From positions 1,664,001-1,728,000 of the forward strand of contig OY969554.1 in the NCBI GenBank assembly GCA_963700985.1: DNA of 64,000 bases, read 5' to 3'. This document shows positions 20,198 through 29,493 of the stretch, piece by piece. The notes beneath the pieces are model-generated. The model did not search any database. It had not been told where the DNA came from and saw only the letters and a list, made by a program, of their open reading frames with translations. Numbering within the stretch: position 1 is the stretch's first letter; every line of letters begins with the position of its first letter. This DNA is from an uncultured Chlamydiales bacterium (GTDB taxonomy: Bacteria > Chlamydiota > Chlamydiia > Chlamydiales > Rhabdochlamydiaceae). The translations under genes and the position numbers were made by a program.

Positions 20198-20483
20198 CTT
20201 GAGGATGTCCTTTTTATTATCAAGTTATCATAAGTCGATATATTACAACAAGGTGCTGCGTTTGTGCTATTTTTATGAAAGGCCATGAACTGATTAACGA
20301 TGCTAGTTTGAATACGATGTATCTAGAAATTATATCTCTGAGAATCATCAACTTAGAGTTGATCAATTTATTGTTTTCATAAGACTTTAAATTTCAGATG
20401 GCCTTTTTATGTAGTGCGAGCCTCAACTCCTGGTCTCGATTTAGTATATCCTGTGATAAAGCTAGGTGGATTAGCCTAAAAAC

Positions 20484-23400
20484 TTAATTTTGATGTTTGG
20501 CGCAGATGTCGCGCCATTTTTTGATCATTTGCATGGCGAGGAGGGCAGGTTCTCTACCTCCTCTTTCCCCGAAGCGTAGCATCACGACCACAACGAGTTC
20601 GGGCTCTTCCCATTTTTGATGTTGGGCATCTTCTTTGAAGGCAGCAGCAGAAAACCAGACATGGTCGACAATGTAAGCCGAAGATTCCGCATCGATCGTG
20701 TGTTTGTAGAGAATCTGAGGCGTTCCTGTTTTCCCTATGACGCTGTTCTTTGTATCGATATAGTCGCGCAGTGCTTGAGGGTTATTTTTCGTAAGAGGAG
20801 CAATTACTCCGGGCCTCGCGCTCCCTTTTTCGCCTGAAGTCACACGGCGCATGCCTTCGAGGACATAATTGCGCACCGGTTCTGGAAAAGGGACGGTATG
20901 TTTAACTTCGACTGGTGTGTGCGAGACAAAACTTTTCATCTCAGCTTTTTGCGTTTCTATAAAAAAGGGAAAAGAAATTCCCACGAGTCCTAGCTCATCT
21001 TTGTAAGGAAAAGATGTGCTTTCAAACGGATCGTTTTCTTCAAAGGTCGCTTCTTTGCCGGCCACTGCTTTTACAATTTGTGGCGTAAGCACATGTCCAC
21101 CATTGGCAAAAGCCGCTGTCATCACAGCGGTCTGAAGAGGCGTCACCACTAGAGTGTGATGGCCGATGGCAAAAGCATAGAGATTTGTGAGGTTATGCAG
21201 ATCATCGGGGACATTTCCCGCCACTTCCCCAGGGAGTTCAATGCCCGTGCGTCTTCCAAAACCAAACTGGCGCGCAGCATTTGCGAGATCTTCTGGATTT
21301 TGAAGATGTTCGGAGGCCAAAATTGAAAAATAGATGTTGCTTGATTGTTCTATTGCTCCCATGAGATCGATACGTCCGATGTTGGAGTGGCTACTACGCG
21401 CTAGCTGCCCACCTTTATGAAGACGACGGATGGCTTCACCATCCACAGTATAGCCAAGGATCTGCTTGGAGGTATTCTTGTCATTCCATTTCAAATCATC
21501 GATCAGCGTAAGCGGGCTTAGATCGCGTACGCGTTCAGAGAGCTTCTGATGGCGCTGCCTTAAAACTTCATAGGTGGTCACAATTTTGAAGACAGAACCG
21601 AGAGGGATAGGATGTCGATAGGCTTGTGATCTCCCGTAAGAAAAGCCATAAAGCGGATAGAAGGCCATGGCCAAGTGCTTTTCGAGCTGTTTGCCAGATG
21701 CATTGCGCAAGTGCCGATAGCTTCCATATAATGGGCGCGATAACTCTTGGAAGGAGTGCATAGTCTGCAAATAGGAAAGAGAAGTGGTTGCAGGCAAAGA
21801 AGCGATGAGGGCCTTTAATTTTTCTACGCCTGAATGCAATTTAAGCGGTTGTTTGCGCAGTTCGAGGATTTGAGCGATGTAAGGTTGAAGCTCTGGAGAG
21901 ACTTCCGCTGGTTTTCCTAAGATGAATGTTTGCACAAAGAGCCAGCGATGCTTTTGCCAAAATTCTTTAAAGAGACTTTTTTCGATTTGCTGAAGATATT
22001 CGGTATAAGGGCGCGTGTAGCGTTTAGCCGCTTTCTCTTCTTGCCGTTTGGCTTTGAGAAAATCTTTAAAGTGCGCCTGTCTCCAAGCCGAAAAATCTAC
22101 ATCATGATGCAGCTCTTGGATGTAAGAGCGTAGTAGCGCTTGCGTGGAGATGGCTGCTTGGCACAAAGCCCGAGCTGCGGATAGATTTTGGTTTCCAATA
22201 GCTTCTAAAAGGCTCGGTGAAAAATCTTCTTTTTTAGCGATCAATGTCGCAAGGTCTAAGAGCAGCAGCTTGTCGTTGTTATGTGGAACAGAGGCGAGAT
22301 AGTAATCGATCCATTTCTTGTGTGCTTCATAGGCCGCCCCTTTTTCTCGACATCTGGCACGCACAGCCTCACGCGCTTCTTCAGCTGGGCGAGCGCGCGA
22401 AAGAATATGCCCCTCTTCATCGTAGAGCGCATCGATCAACAAAGACATATCATCTTGGGCAGAGTAGCTGAGAAGGCTATGCAGCTCTTGCTGCAGGTGC
22501 ACGCAGGTTTTAAGATCGCCGATTTTTTCTAGAGCTCTGCGCGCGTTTGCATCAGAAGGAAGAGTGAGCTCTAAATAGCGCTCCCAATCCAAGGCAAGCG
22601 TCTCTTCTTGAAATGCAGAGGTGCTTGCGGCGAAAGATTCGCGTTCCATGGGCCGCTTACCATCCCAGATTTCACCGGCATAGCTTTCGCTTTCTAGCCA
22701 GCGCACCAGCTGCGCATCTTTTTTCTGTTTTTTTTCAGCCTGCTGGGAAGGGATAAAGTCATTTGGGTCAAAACGAGGGTAGGAGGCGAGAGCTAAAACT
22801 TCCCCAGTTTTTGGATGGAGCGCCACAATTGCGCCGCCTTTAATCCAAGGATATTCAAGACGCAGTTGCCCATCTTTATTTTTTTTATCGCGGATAGGCT
22901 CATGTTGAGTAAGCAGCGTTTCAGCATATTCTTGAAGCTCAGCTGAAATGGTGAGTAGCACACGCTCGCCTGGTTTGGCTTTACGTGCACCTGGAAGTTC
23001 GCGCATAAAATTTCCTTTTATGTCGACTTCAACTGTTTTTTTGCCACAAGCGCCGCGTAGATGCTGATCAAAAACTCCTTCAATACCGCCCTTGCCGACC
23101 AGATCGTTAATCGTGTAGGCCATTTCTTGCAGCCCTTTCAGCCGTTTGCGGACTTCAAGGGGAGATTGATAGCCCTGCGGTAAGGGAATAAGCTCACCTT
23201 CCTCACGCTTTGCTAAATAGCTCTGAAGCTCTTCCATCTCGTGTGCAATGGAGACATATTCTTTTTGACTGATAGGCCCTAAATAGCCCAAGACGTCGCA
23301 AGCGACTTTCCCCAATGGATAAAAACGTTTTGAAGCGCGCTGTGCAAAAGCACCCGGCCACTCTTTTTCGAGCATGCGCAGGCGATAGAACTCATTTTCA

Positions 23401-23852
23401 GAGAGATCTTCTTTGATGATGAAGGGGGTATGAGGAAAGAGGGAGGCTCTGCCATTGATGGCATCTTCAACAGACTGAGGATCTAACGCCAGCTCTTTTC
23501 CTAAAATTTTTGCTAGATCTTCAATGTAGGCTTTGCGAGCCTGGATCCGCATCCATTTACCCTTATCATCTTTTTTCCAAACGATACTGGGAATCTGGCG
23601 AATCTGGGCAAAAGTAACCGCCGCGTTATATTGAACCCGATTGACGGCCAAGGGCACATTAAAGCGATCTCGAATGCTCGCGCGCTCGACATGTTCGATC
23701 ACTACCCGCCGCTGAGGCTTGCGCGCCATCTCTAGGTGATGGTCATGTTGCACAACTCCCAAGTACCAGACGCGGACGAGGATTAACACCAATCCGACAA
23801 GGATCAAATTGAGGACGCGGTTGGCTTTAATCGGGATGTTGTGGTCGATCAT
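20484..23852 (-). CDS. mrdA: Chlamydial-type penicillin-binding protein 2
   Basis: N-terminal TM anchor, PBP dimerisation motifs, SxxK (GSVFK), SSN, KTG; large insertions typical of chlamydial PBP2. Confidence 0.9.
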   Translation of the reverse strand: MIDHNIPIKANRVLNLILVGLVLILVRVWYLGVVQHDHHLEMARKPQRRVVIEHVERASIRDRFNVPLAVNRVQYNAAVTFAQIRQIPSIVWKKDDKGKWMRIQARKAYIEDLAKILGKELALDPQSVEDAINGRASLFPHTPFIIKEDLSENEFYRLRMLEKEWPGAFAQRASKRFYPLGKVACDVLGYLGPISQKEYVSIAHEMEELQSYLAKREEGELIPLPQGYQSPLEVRKRLKGLQEMAYTINDLVGKGGIEGVFDQHLRGACGKKTVEVDIKGNFMRELPGARKAKPGERVLLTISAELQEYAETLLTQHEPIRDKKNKDGQLRLEYPWIKGGAIVALHPKTGEVLALASYPRFDPNDFIPSQQAEKKQKKDAQLVRWLESESYAGEIWDGKRPMERESFAASTSAFQEETLALDWERYLELTLPSDANARRALEKIGDLKTCVHLQQELHSLLSYSAQDDMSLLIDALYDEEGHILSRARPAEEAREAVRARCREKGAAYEAHKKWIDYYLASVPHNNDKLLLLDLATLIAKKEDFSPSLLEAIGNQNLSAARALCQAAISTQALLRSYIQELHHDVDFSAWRQAHFKDFLKAKRQEEKAAKRYTRPYTEYLQQIEKSLFKEFWQKHRWLFVQTFILGKPAEVSPELQPYIAQILELRKQPLKLHSGVEKLKALIASLPATTSLSYLQTMHSFQELSRPLYGSYRHLRNASGKQLEKHLAMAFYPLYGFSYGRSQAYRHPIPLGSVFKIVTTYEVLRQRHQKLSERVRDLSPLTLIDDLKWNDKNTSKQILGYTVDGEAIRRLHKGGQLARSSHSNIGRIDLMGAIEQSSNIYFSILASEHLQNPEDLANAARQFGFGRRTGIELPGEVAGNVPDDLHNLTNLYAFAIGHHTLVVTPLQTAVMTAAFANGGHVLTPQIVKAVAGKEATFEENDPFESTSFPYKDELGLVGISFPFFIETQKAEMKSFVSHTPVEVKHTVPFPEPVRNYVLEGMRRVTSGEKGSARPGVIAPLTKNNPQALRDYIDTKNSVIGKTGTPQILYKHTIDAESSAYIVDHVWFSAAAFKEDAQHQKWEEPELVVVVMLRFGERGGREPALLAMQMIKKWRDICAKHQN

Positions 23853-24037
23853 GCGCTTATGAGTAGGCCCTTAAGGTTCAACTTTTGATTCTACTCTATG
23901 AAGCAAATTTTCCAAGGAGGATTGTTTGATCGCTCAAGATTATAAGTTTTTTAAAAGAATTCGCATACGATCTTGGATTTAGACATTTTACTGGGAAAAA
24001 ATGGCTCTATTGAGGTAAAAGGTTTTGATGAACGGAT

Positions 24038-24108
24038 GCGCCTGTAGTTCAATGGTAGAACCGTAGCCTTCCAAGCTACTTGTGTCAGTTCGATTCTGAT
24101 CAGGCGCT
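24038..24108 (+). tRNA. tRNA-Gly(TCC)
   Basis: Acceptor GCGCCTG/CAGGCGC, anticodon stem GTAGC/GCTAC with loop CTTCCAA, T-loop TTCGATT; CCA not encoded. Confidence 0.95.
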
Positions 24109-24217
24109 TTCTTTTAGATGAAGAAACCACAGGGGTTTCTTTAAAGTTAAATTTTTAACCAAGACCGAAATCCTTACTTAGGTAAGGATGCCGTCGTCAA
24201 AATTATAGGGACAAGGC

Positions 24218-25003
24218 TTGGCAACTGCAAAAAACGAAGTCACGATTAAGGACCTCTTAGAAAGTGGAGCCCATTTCGGGCACCAGAAACACCGTTGGAA
24301 CCCGAAAATGAAACGTTTCATTTTCGAGGAACGCAATGGCATTTACATCATCGACCTGGCAAAAACACTGCAGCAGATCCGTAATGCTCAGCAAGCCGTT
24401 CGAGAAATGATCGCAAAGCGTAAATCGATTCTCTTTGTGGGCACAAAAAAACAAGCGAAAGCTGTTTTACGCGAATGTGCTGAAGAGTCTGGAGAATTCT
24501 ACATCTGCGAGCGTTGGCTCGGTGGTACACTCACAAACCTTACTACCATTCGTCAGTCTGTGAAAACGCTGGAACGCATTGAAAAGCGCATTGCGACAGG
24601 TGGAGATGGCTTTACCAAAAAAGAGCTCTCTCTCTTGAGCAAAGATCAGATCAAATTGAACCGAAACCTTTCTGGCATCCGCGCTATGCGCAAGCCACCT
24701 GGCATGTTGATTGTCGTCGATCCAGGTCGCGAGCATATCGCTGTAGCTGAAGCTAACAAGCTCGGTATTCCAGTATTAGCTCTTGTCGATACAAACTGCG
24801 ATCCAGATCCTATCGACTTTGTAATCGCTTGTAACGATGATGCTCTGAAAAGCATTAAAATTATCCTCCAAGCGTTGACACAAGCGATCATCGATCAGAA
24901 AAATGATATGCAGCTCACTGTTGCAAAAGAAGATCGCGTGAAAGTGCTCGCGGCTTCAGGCAAGAAAGATGCAGATGATGCGGCTGATGGAGAAGAGTCA
25001 TGA
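24218..25003 (+). CDS. rpsB: 30S ribosomal protein S2
   Basis: GAHFGH, WNPKM, RWLGGTLTN, DTNCDP, NDD; TTG start. Confidence 0.98.
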   Translation: MATAKNEVTIKDLLESGAHFGHQKHRWNPKMKRFIFEERNGIYIIDLAKTLQQIRNAQQAVREMIAKRKSILFVGTKKQAKAVLRECAEESGEFYICERWLGGTLTNLTTIRQSVKTLERIEKRIATGGDGFTKKELSLLSKDQIKLNRNLSGIRAMRKPPGMLIVVDPGREHIAVAEANKLGIPVLALVDTNCDPDPIDFVIACNDDALKSIKIILQALTQAIIDQKNDMQLTVAKEDRVKVLAASGKKDADDAADGEES

Positions 25004-25851
25004 GCGAAAAAGTCACTGCTGAAAAAGTAAAAGAATTAAGAGAGCGCACAGGCGTTGGCATGGGCAAGTGCAAAGAAGCGCTTGAACAAGTTGGCGGCGA
25101 TATGGAACGCGCTATTGATTTTTTGCGTAAAGCTGGTATGGCTGGCGCTGTGAAAAAAGAAGGCAGAGAGACGAAAGAAGGCCTCATCGGTTATGGCGAG
25201 AGCAACAACGCAATTGCCCTGATCGAAGCGAATGCAGAAACCGACTTTGTCACTAAAAATGAGAAGTTTAGAGAGTTTGTGCAAGACTTGTGTAACGATG
25301 CTGCGCAAAGCAGACCTGCTTCATTAGAAGCCTTCTTAAGTCAAAAAAACCTCAAAGATTCGAAAGTTACAAACGACGAGATGCGTGCGCTTGTGATGCA
25401 AAGCCTTGGCGAGAACATCAAAGTTAAACGCCTGAGCATTATCCCTAAATCTTCTGATATCTCATTAGGCGTTTATTCGCACATGGGCGGCAAGATTGTT
25501 TGTGTGGTTGAGCTCACAGGCGGAGCTGGTCAAGAGGCCTTAGCCCGCGACATCGCAATGCATGTTGCTGCTGAGTCTCCGGACTATCTCGATCCACAAG
25601 ATGTGCCTCAAGACGTCAAATCGCGTGAAGAAGAAATCGCTCGCGATCAAGTTAAAGGCAAACCTGCTAACATCGTCGACAAGATTGTCGAAGGCAAAAT
25701 CAAAGCCTTTTACGATCAGGCCTGCCTCATTTGTCAGAAGTATGTGAAGGACAATTCCATCACAGTGACTCAATTGCTTGAGAATGAATCTAAGCGTCTA
25801 AATAAGAAGCTCAGCATTCGGCAATTTATCCGCTGGAAGGTGGGAGCATAG
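25000..25851 (+). CDS. tsf: Elongation factor Ts
   Basis: VKELRERTGVGMGKCKEAL, ETDFV. Confidence 0.98.
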   Translation: MSEKVTAEKVKELRERTGVGMGKCKEALEQVGGDMERAIDFLRKAGMAGAVKKEGRETKEGLIGYGESNNAIALIEANAETDFVTKNEKFREFVQDLCNDAAQSRPASLEAFLSQKNLKDSKVTNDEMRALVMQSLGENIKVKRLSIIPKSSDISLGVYSHMGGKIVCVVELTGGAGQEALARDIAMHVAAESPDYLDPQDVPQDVKSREEEIARDQVKGKPANIVDKIVEGKIKAFYDQACLICQKYVKDNSITVTQLLENESKRLNKKLSIRQFIRWKVGA

Positions 25852-25857
25852 CCCTCG

Positions 25858-26580
25858 ATGGCCTCAAGCGTGAAGTATAAACGCATCCTACTCAAGCTCT
25901 CCGGAGAAGCTCTTATGGGTGAGAGCAAATTTGGAGTGGACCGCGACGCGTGCGATCATATCGCACGCTCAATCAAAGAAGTTCATGCAACCGGAGTAGA
26001 GATTGGCATTGTAGTCGGCGGCGGAAATGTCTTCCGCGGATCTCAAGCTTCTCAATTTGGCTTCGCACGCACCCCAGCTGATCATATCGGCATGCTCGCT
26101 ACAATCATCAATGGTCTTGTTTTGCAGCAATCACTCGCTGCCGTAGGTGTTGAAAGCCGCGTGATGAGCGCGCTTACTACCGAGTCTGTGGTTGAAAAAT
26201 ATGTTTGGGCTCAAGCCCAGCAGTGTTTGCAACGCAAGATCCCTGTAATTTTTGTCGGCGGCACAGGAAATCCTTATTTTACAACTGATACAGCCGGCGC
26301 CCTCAGAGCAAGTGAGATGGGCGCAGAGATCCTGCTTAAAGCTACCACCGTAAATGGTGTTTATGACGCAGATCCCAAAAGCAACCCCAAAGCTGTTAAG
26401 TTTTCGAACCTCACTTTTTCAGAAGTGCTTTCAAAAAATCTTAAAGTGATGGATGCTACAGCAGTGGCTCTATGTCGTGAAAATAATATCCCTATCTATG
26501 TCTTTAACCTCTTCGAACAAGGCTCTTTATTAAAAGCCGTAAGCGAAGGGAAAGGCGGAACCATTGTGGAAGGAGGATAG
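25858..26580 (+). CDS. pyrH: UMP kinase
   Basis: KLSGEAL, GGGN, GNPYFTTDT. Confidence 0.98.
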   Translation: MASSVKYKRILLKLSGEALMGESKFGVDRDACDHIARSIKEVHATGVEIGIVVGGGNVFRGSQASQFGFARTPADHIGMLATIINGLVLQQSLAAVGVESRVMSALTTESVVEKYVWAQAQQCLQRKIPVIFVGGTGNPYFTTDTAGALRASEMGAEILLKATTVNGVYDADPKSNPKAVKFSNLTFSEVLSKNLKVMDATAVALCRENNIPIYVFNLFEQGSLLKAVSEGKGGTIVEGG

Positions 26581-26583
26581 AAA

Positions 26584-27135
26584 ATGAGCGTACCAGATCA
26601 AATTAAAGCGAAAATGCAAGCTGGCGTAGATCACTTTAAGCAAGATCTTAAAGGCCTGCGCAGCAATCGTGCCAATCCAGCGATCTTAGAGAATGTGATG
26701 GTCGAGGTTTATGGTGAGCATATGCGCATCAAAGAACTCGCCTCTATTTCTGTACCTGAAGCGCGTCAGCTGATGATCACTGCCTTTGATCCACAGACCA
26801 CAGGCGCCATTTCAAAAGGCATTGAAAAGGCCAATCTCAACCTCCAACCGATCGCAGAAGGACAAGTTATCCGCATTATGATTCCTCCGATGGATGAGAA
26901 TATGCGCAAAGAGATCGTTAAACAAGCTAAGAAGAAGGCCGAAGACTCGAAAATCTCCATCCGCGAAATACGCCGCAAAGGTAACGAGCAGGTCCGCAAA
27001 CAGAAAGCAGACGGTGAAATCGCTGAAGATGTAATGAAAAAAGCTGAAAAGGCCATTCAAGACTATACTGATCAGTTCTGCAAAGAGATCGATAACCTCT
27101 TTGCCGCTAAAGAAAAAGAGATCATGACTGTCTAA
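26584..27135 (+). CDS. frr: Ribosome recycling factor
   Basis: RSNRANP, IREIRR; follows pyrH. Confidence 0.97.
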   Translation: MSVPDQIKAKMQAGVDHFKQDLKGLRSNRANPAILENVMVEVYGEHMRIKELASISVPEARQLMITAFDPQTTGAISKGIEKANLNLQPIAEGQVIRIMIPPMDENMRKEIVKQAKKKAEDSKISIREIRRKGNEQVRKQKADGEIAEDVMKKAEKAIQDYTDQFCKEIDNLFAAKEKEIMTV

Positions 27136-27219
27136 TTGGAGGGTTAACCTCTAAAAAGTCAGTACAGTAGCTTGCATTTAATAATGGGAATGCTTTAAAT
27201 TATTGCCAATTTTTCGACT

Positions 27220-27294
27220 GGCCCCATCGTCTAGTTAGGCCTAGGACACCAGATTTTCATTCTGATAACAGGGGTTCGAATCCCCTTGGGGTCA
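27220..27294 (+). tRNA. tRNA-Glu(TTC)
   Basis: Acceptor GGCCCCA/TGGGGTC, anticodon loop TTTTCAT, T-arm AGGGG-TTCGAAT-CCCCT. Confidence 0.94.
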
Positions 27295-27303
27295 TTCTTT
27301 AAT

Positions 27304-27376
27304 GAGACTTTAGCTCAGTCGGTAGAGCACCTCACTTTTAATGAGGGGGTCGATGGTTCGAGTCCATCAAGTCTCA
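27304..27376 (+). tRNA. tRNA-Lys(TTT)
   Basis: Acceptor GAGACTT/AAGTCTC, anticodon arm CCTCA-CTTTTAA-TGAGG, T-arm GATGG-TTCGAGT-CCATC. Confidence 0.96.
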
Positions 27377-27377
27377 A

Positions 27378-27608
27378 ATTTTTTCTCCAAAAAAATTGGA
27401 GAATTGAGCATGTCCGGTGGACATGCGTATGTGACTCGAAGTGAGCGTCGCTTGCGACCGAACCGGGCCCCGAAGGGGGAGTCCATCAACAAGTGATTTT
27501 TCTCCAAAAAAATTGGAGAATTGAACAAGCCATAGACGTGGCTTGTGTATGGACCTCGAAGTGAGCGTCTCCTGCGGCCGAACCGGACCCCGAAGAGCGA
27601 GTCCATCA
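27378..27608 (+). repeat. Two tandem ~120-bp structured repeats linked to the tRNA-Lys 3' end
   Basis: Units at ~27378-27488 and ~27496-27608. GAGTCCATCA occurs at 27360 (in the tRNA), 27479 and 27599. Both units carry the hairpin TTCTCCAA-AAAAA-TTGGAGAA. Confidence 0.92.
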
Positions 27609-27684
27609 TCCCATCTCAATCTTTCCCTAAGCTTTACGTCGAAAAAACTCCAAGAGGGCTAACCCTCTCAATCTCCAATTCCTC

Positions 27685-27828
27685 AGTCCAAAGATAGTGG
27701 ACTACATGGGCAAAGAATAGACATTAATAGACGAGATGGCCGGCCGGCTAGAAAGAAATCTTCCGCAAAAGCTTGAGTGTTAACCGCCCACTAAGCAACT
27801 CTTAGCCTGCGTCCACGTCGTCCATTTT
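27685..27828 (+). repeat. Degenerate dispersed repeat, left copy (GTGGAC...GTCCAC/TCCATTTT)
   Basis: Aligns by eye with 33329-33415 (AGTGGAC, AGAAAGAA, AAAAGCT, CTTA..C.GCGT, TCCATTTT). Confidence 0.55.
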
Positions 27829-27852
27829 CCCACAGACAGAATATAAATAAGT

Positions 27853-28665
27853 TCACCAGATGAGCTTTGGAGTATAATACTCAGGTATTAAAGCTTGGTT
27901 TGAATAAGGGCCTTGGGTCTGTCCAGTGATTCCGCTTAAGACTAAAAGAGAATCAATCCCTGCTCTTTTGGCGAAAAGAACATCGGTTTCCAATGTATCT
28001 CCTATCATAAGCCCTTTTTTGCCTTTTAACGTCGGTTGTAGTTGTAAAAGATACTCATAGATGTTTCTTTCTGGCTTGCCCATATATTGCACATTCACAC
28101 CCCTCTCCTCCAATAATAAGGCAAAAGTTCCAGCGCAGATTCTATTTATGCCACCATGGGGCGCAATTTTATCCGGATTAGCACATAGGACTACAAGGCC
28201 AGATTTGGCAACGCAATCTATCTCATTAAGGTAGCTGTCCATTTCAACTTTGTCCTTCACATTTAGCGTAAGAACTATCAGTTCTGCCTCTTCCAGTCTG
28301 TCCACGGTTTTTACAGATAATCCACTGCCCATGAAAAGCTCTGTATTTCCTTTAGATCCAAGATGGAAAATATTTTTTATAGAAGGATAGTTGTTTTGAA
28401 GGTCGTCTAAGACAAGCTCTCCCGACGTGATTACCTGAATGTTAGGATCGATACCGAAGGCTTGAATTTTTTGCTGAATGATCCAATTTCTTCTGGGATT
28501 GTTGCTAAGAAAATAAATAGGTTTTTTCAGACTTAGACGATTGACGCAGTCGATCGCTTCTGGGAAGCCTGCTACTCCATCGTGGATAACTCCATGGATA
28601 TCCACGAGAAAAAAGTCGTATTTAGCAATAAGAGAAGAAGCTTTCTCCACGTATTGCGAAATCAT
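27853..28665 (-). CDS. HAD-superfamily subfamily IIA hydrolase/phosphatase
   Basis: Motif I DIHGV, LSNN, ANPD, GKP, MIGDTLETDV..A..AG. Confidence 0.9.
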   Translation of the reverse strand: MISQYVEKASSLIAKYDFFLVDIHGVIHDGVAGFPEAIDCVNRLSLKKPIYFLSNNPRRNWIIQQKIQAFGIDPNIQVITSGELVLDDLQNNYPSIKNIFHLGSKGNTELFMGSGLSVKTVDRLEEAELIVLTLNVKDKVEMDSYLNEIDCVAKSGLVVLCANPDKIAPHGGINRICAGTFALLLEERGVNVQYMGKPERNIYEYLLQLQPTLKGKKGLMIGDTLETDVLFAKRAGIDSLLVLSGITGQTQGPYSNQALIPEYYTPKLIW

Positions 28666-29492
28666 TTACGAAAGAGAATAGATGTAAGTGTCTGATTCGT
28701 AGTCGCTATAACACGTTGGATTGCTCGAAGAGAGAGGCAATCTTCTTCATTCAGGGGCGCACAAAGGGCGCTGCGTACACCGATAGTTGTTCTACATATG
28801 ATGCGCACATCTTCTTTAGCTGTTTCAATGATCTGTCGAACAATTTCTCGCTTTGGGATGGCTAAGACTCCTACTACAATCGCATCATATTCCGAACAGT
28901 CCACTTTTTGCCCTTCGGCCACTAGTATTTTGATTTGCGCTTCCATTTTCATAGTTGACAGGACCTGCCTGGCAATTTGTGCGCGTTCAGGAAGTTTTTC
29001 AACACAGTGCAGATGACATCCTGTCTTTTTGACATAATGAATGGCCGTAATTGGAAAAGCTCCACCTCCAATAAATAACACCTTATCCTTAGATGAAACT
29101 TTTAAAAGAGCTGTCTCATCTCGCGCAAGAGCATTAAACCTCTCGAGATAGGGATGGAATAGGGGATTGTTTGATCGCATAAAATGATTATTTAATCCTT
29201 CATGAATCATTGCATGAGAAAAGGTTCTTTCAATGCAACTATCTACAAATGCATTGAGTTTTCGTGAACGTTCGATAAGGGGCTGATTTTCTGGGGAATT
29301 CATGAACGCTTTTTGATCCTCAAAACTAAGCATGTCACTCAGGATGAGATGTTCAAGAGAATTAAGAGTTGTGAAGCTCTCTTCTTCATCTGCATCGTTT
29401 TGTAAAGAATTCAAAATTGATGCAAAGTTTGTTTGAAAGCGTTGCAAGGGTGTTCCGTGAACTGTTGGATATTGATCTAAAACTGCAGACAT
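28662..29492 (-). CDS. Nicotianamine-synthase-like SAM-dependent aminocarboxypropyl transferase (CntL-like)
   Basis: VLFIGGGAFPITAI (cf. FIGSGPLPLT), YDAIVVGVLAIPK, RTTIGVRSAL. Start MSAVLD at 29492 follows an AAGGAG RBS. Confidence 0.8.
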   Translation of the reverse strand: MSAVLDQYPTVHGTPLQRFQTNFASILNSLQNDADEEESFTTLNSLEHLILSDMLSFEDQKAFMNSPENQPLIERSRKLNAFVDSCIERTFSHAMIHEGLNNHFMRSNNPLFHPYLERFNALARDETALLKVSSKDKVLFIGGGAFPITAIHYVKKTGCHLHCVEKLPERAQIARQVLSTMKMEAQIKILVAEGQKVDCSEYDAIVVGVLAIPKREIVRQIIETAKEDVRIICRTTIGVRSALCAPLNEEDCLSLRAIQRVIATTNQTLTSILFRK

Positions 29493-29493
29493 T

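Noticed and set aside
27378-27608. CRISPR array interpretation of the tandem repeats
   Set aside because: Only two ~120-bp units, similar along their whole length, with no unique spacers and no cas genes in the window.
27479-27608. GAGTCCATCA copies as attR of a prophage or ICE
   Set aside because: They lie only 119 and 239 bp from the tRNA copy. I found no distal copy or integrase, though a by-eye search is not exhaustive.
27367-27619. Two ~80-aa minus-strand ORFs with internal repeats
   Set aside because: They are translations of the DNA repeat and overlap the tRNA-Lys 3' end; no protein-family signal.
27139-27668. Similar short hairpins GAGGGTTAACCTCT and GAGGGCTAACCCTCT flanking the tRNA pair and repeats
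   Set aside because: Too short to separate from chance or ordinary terminator-like stems.
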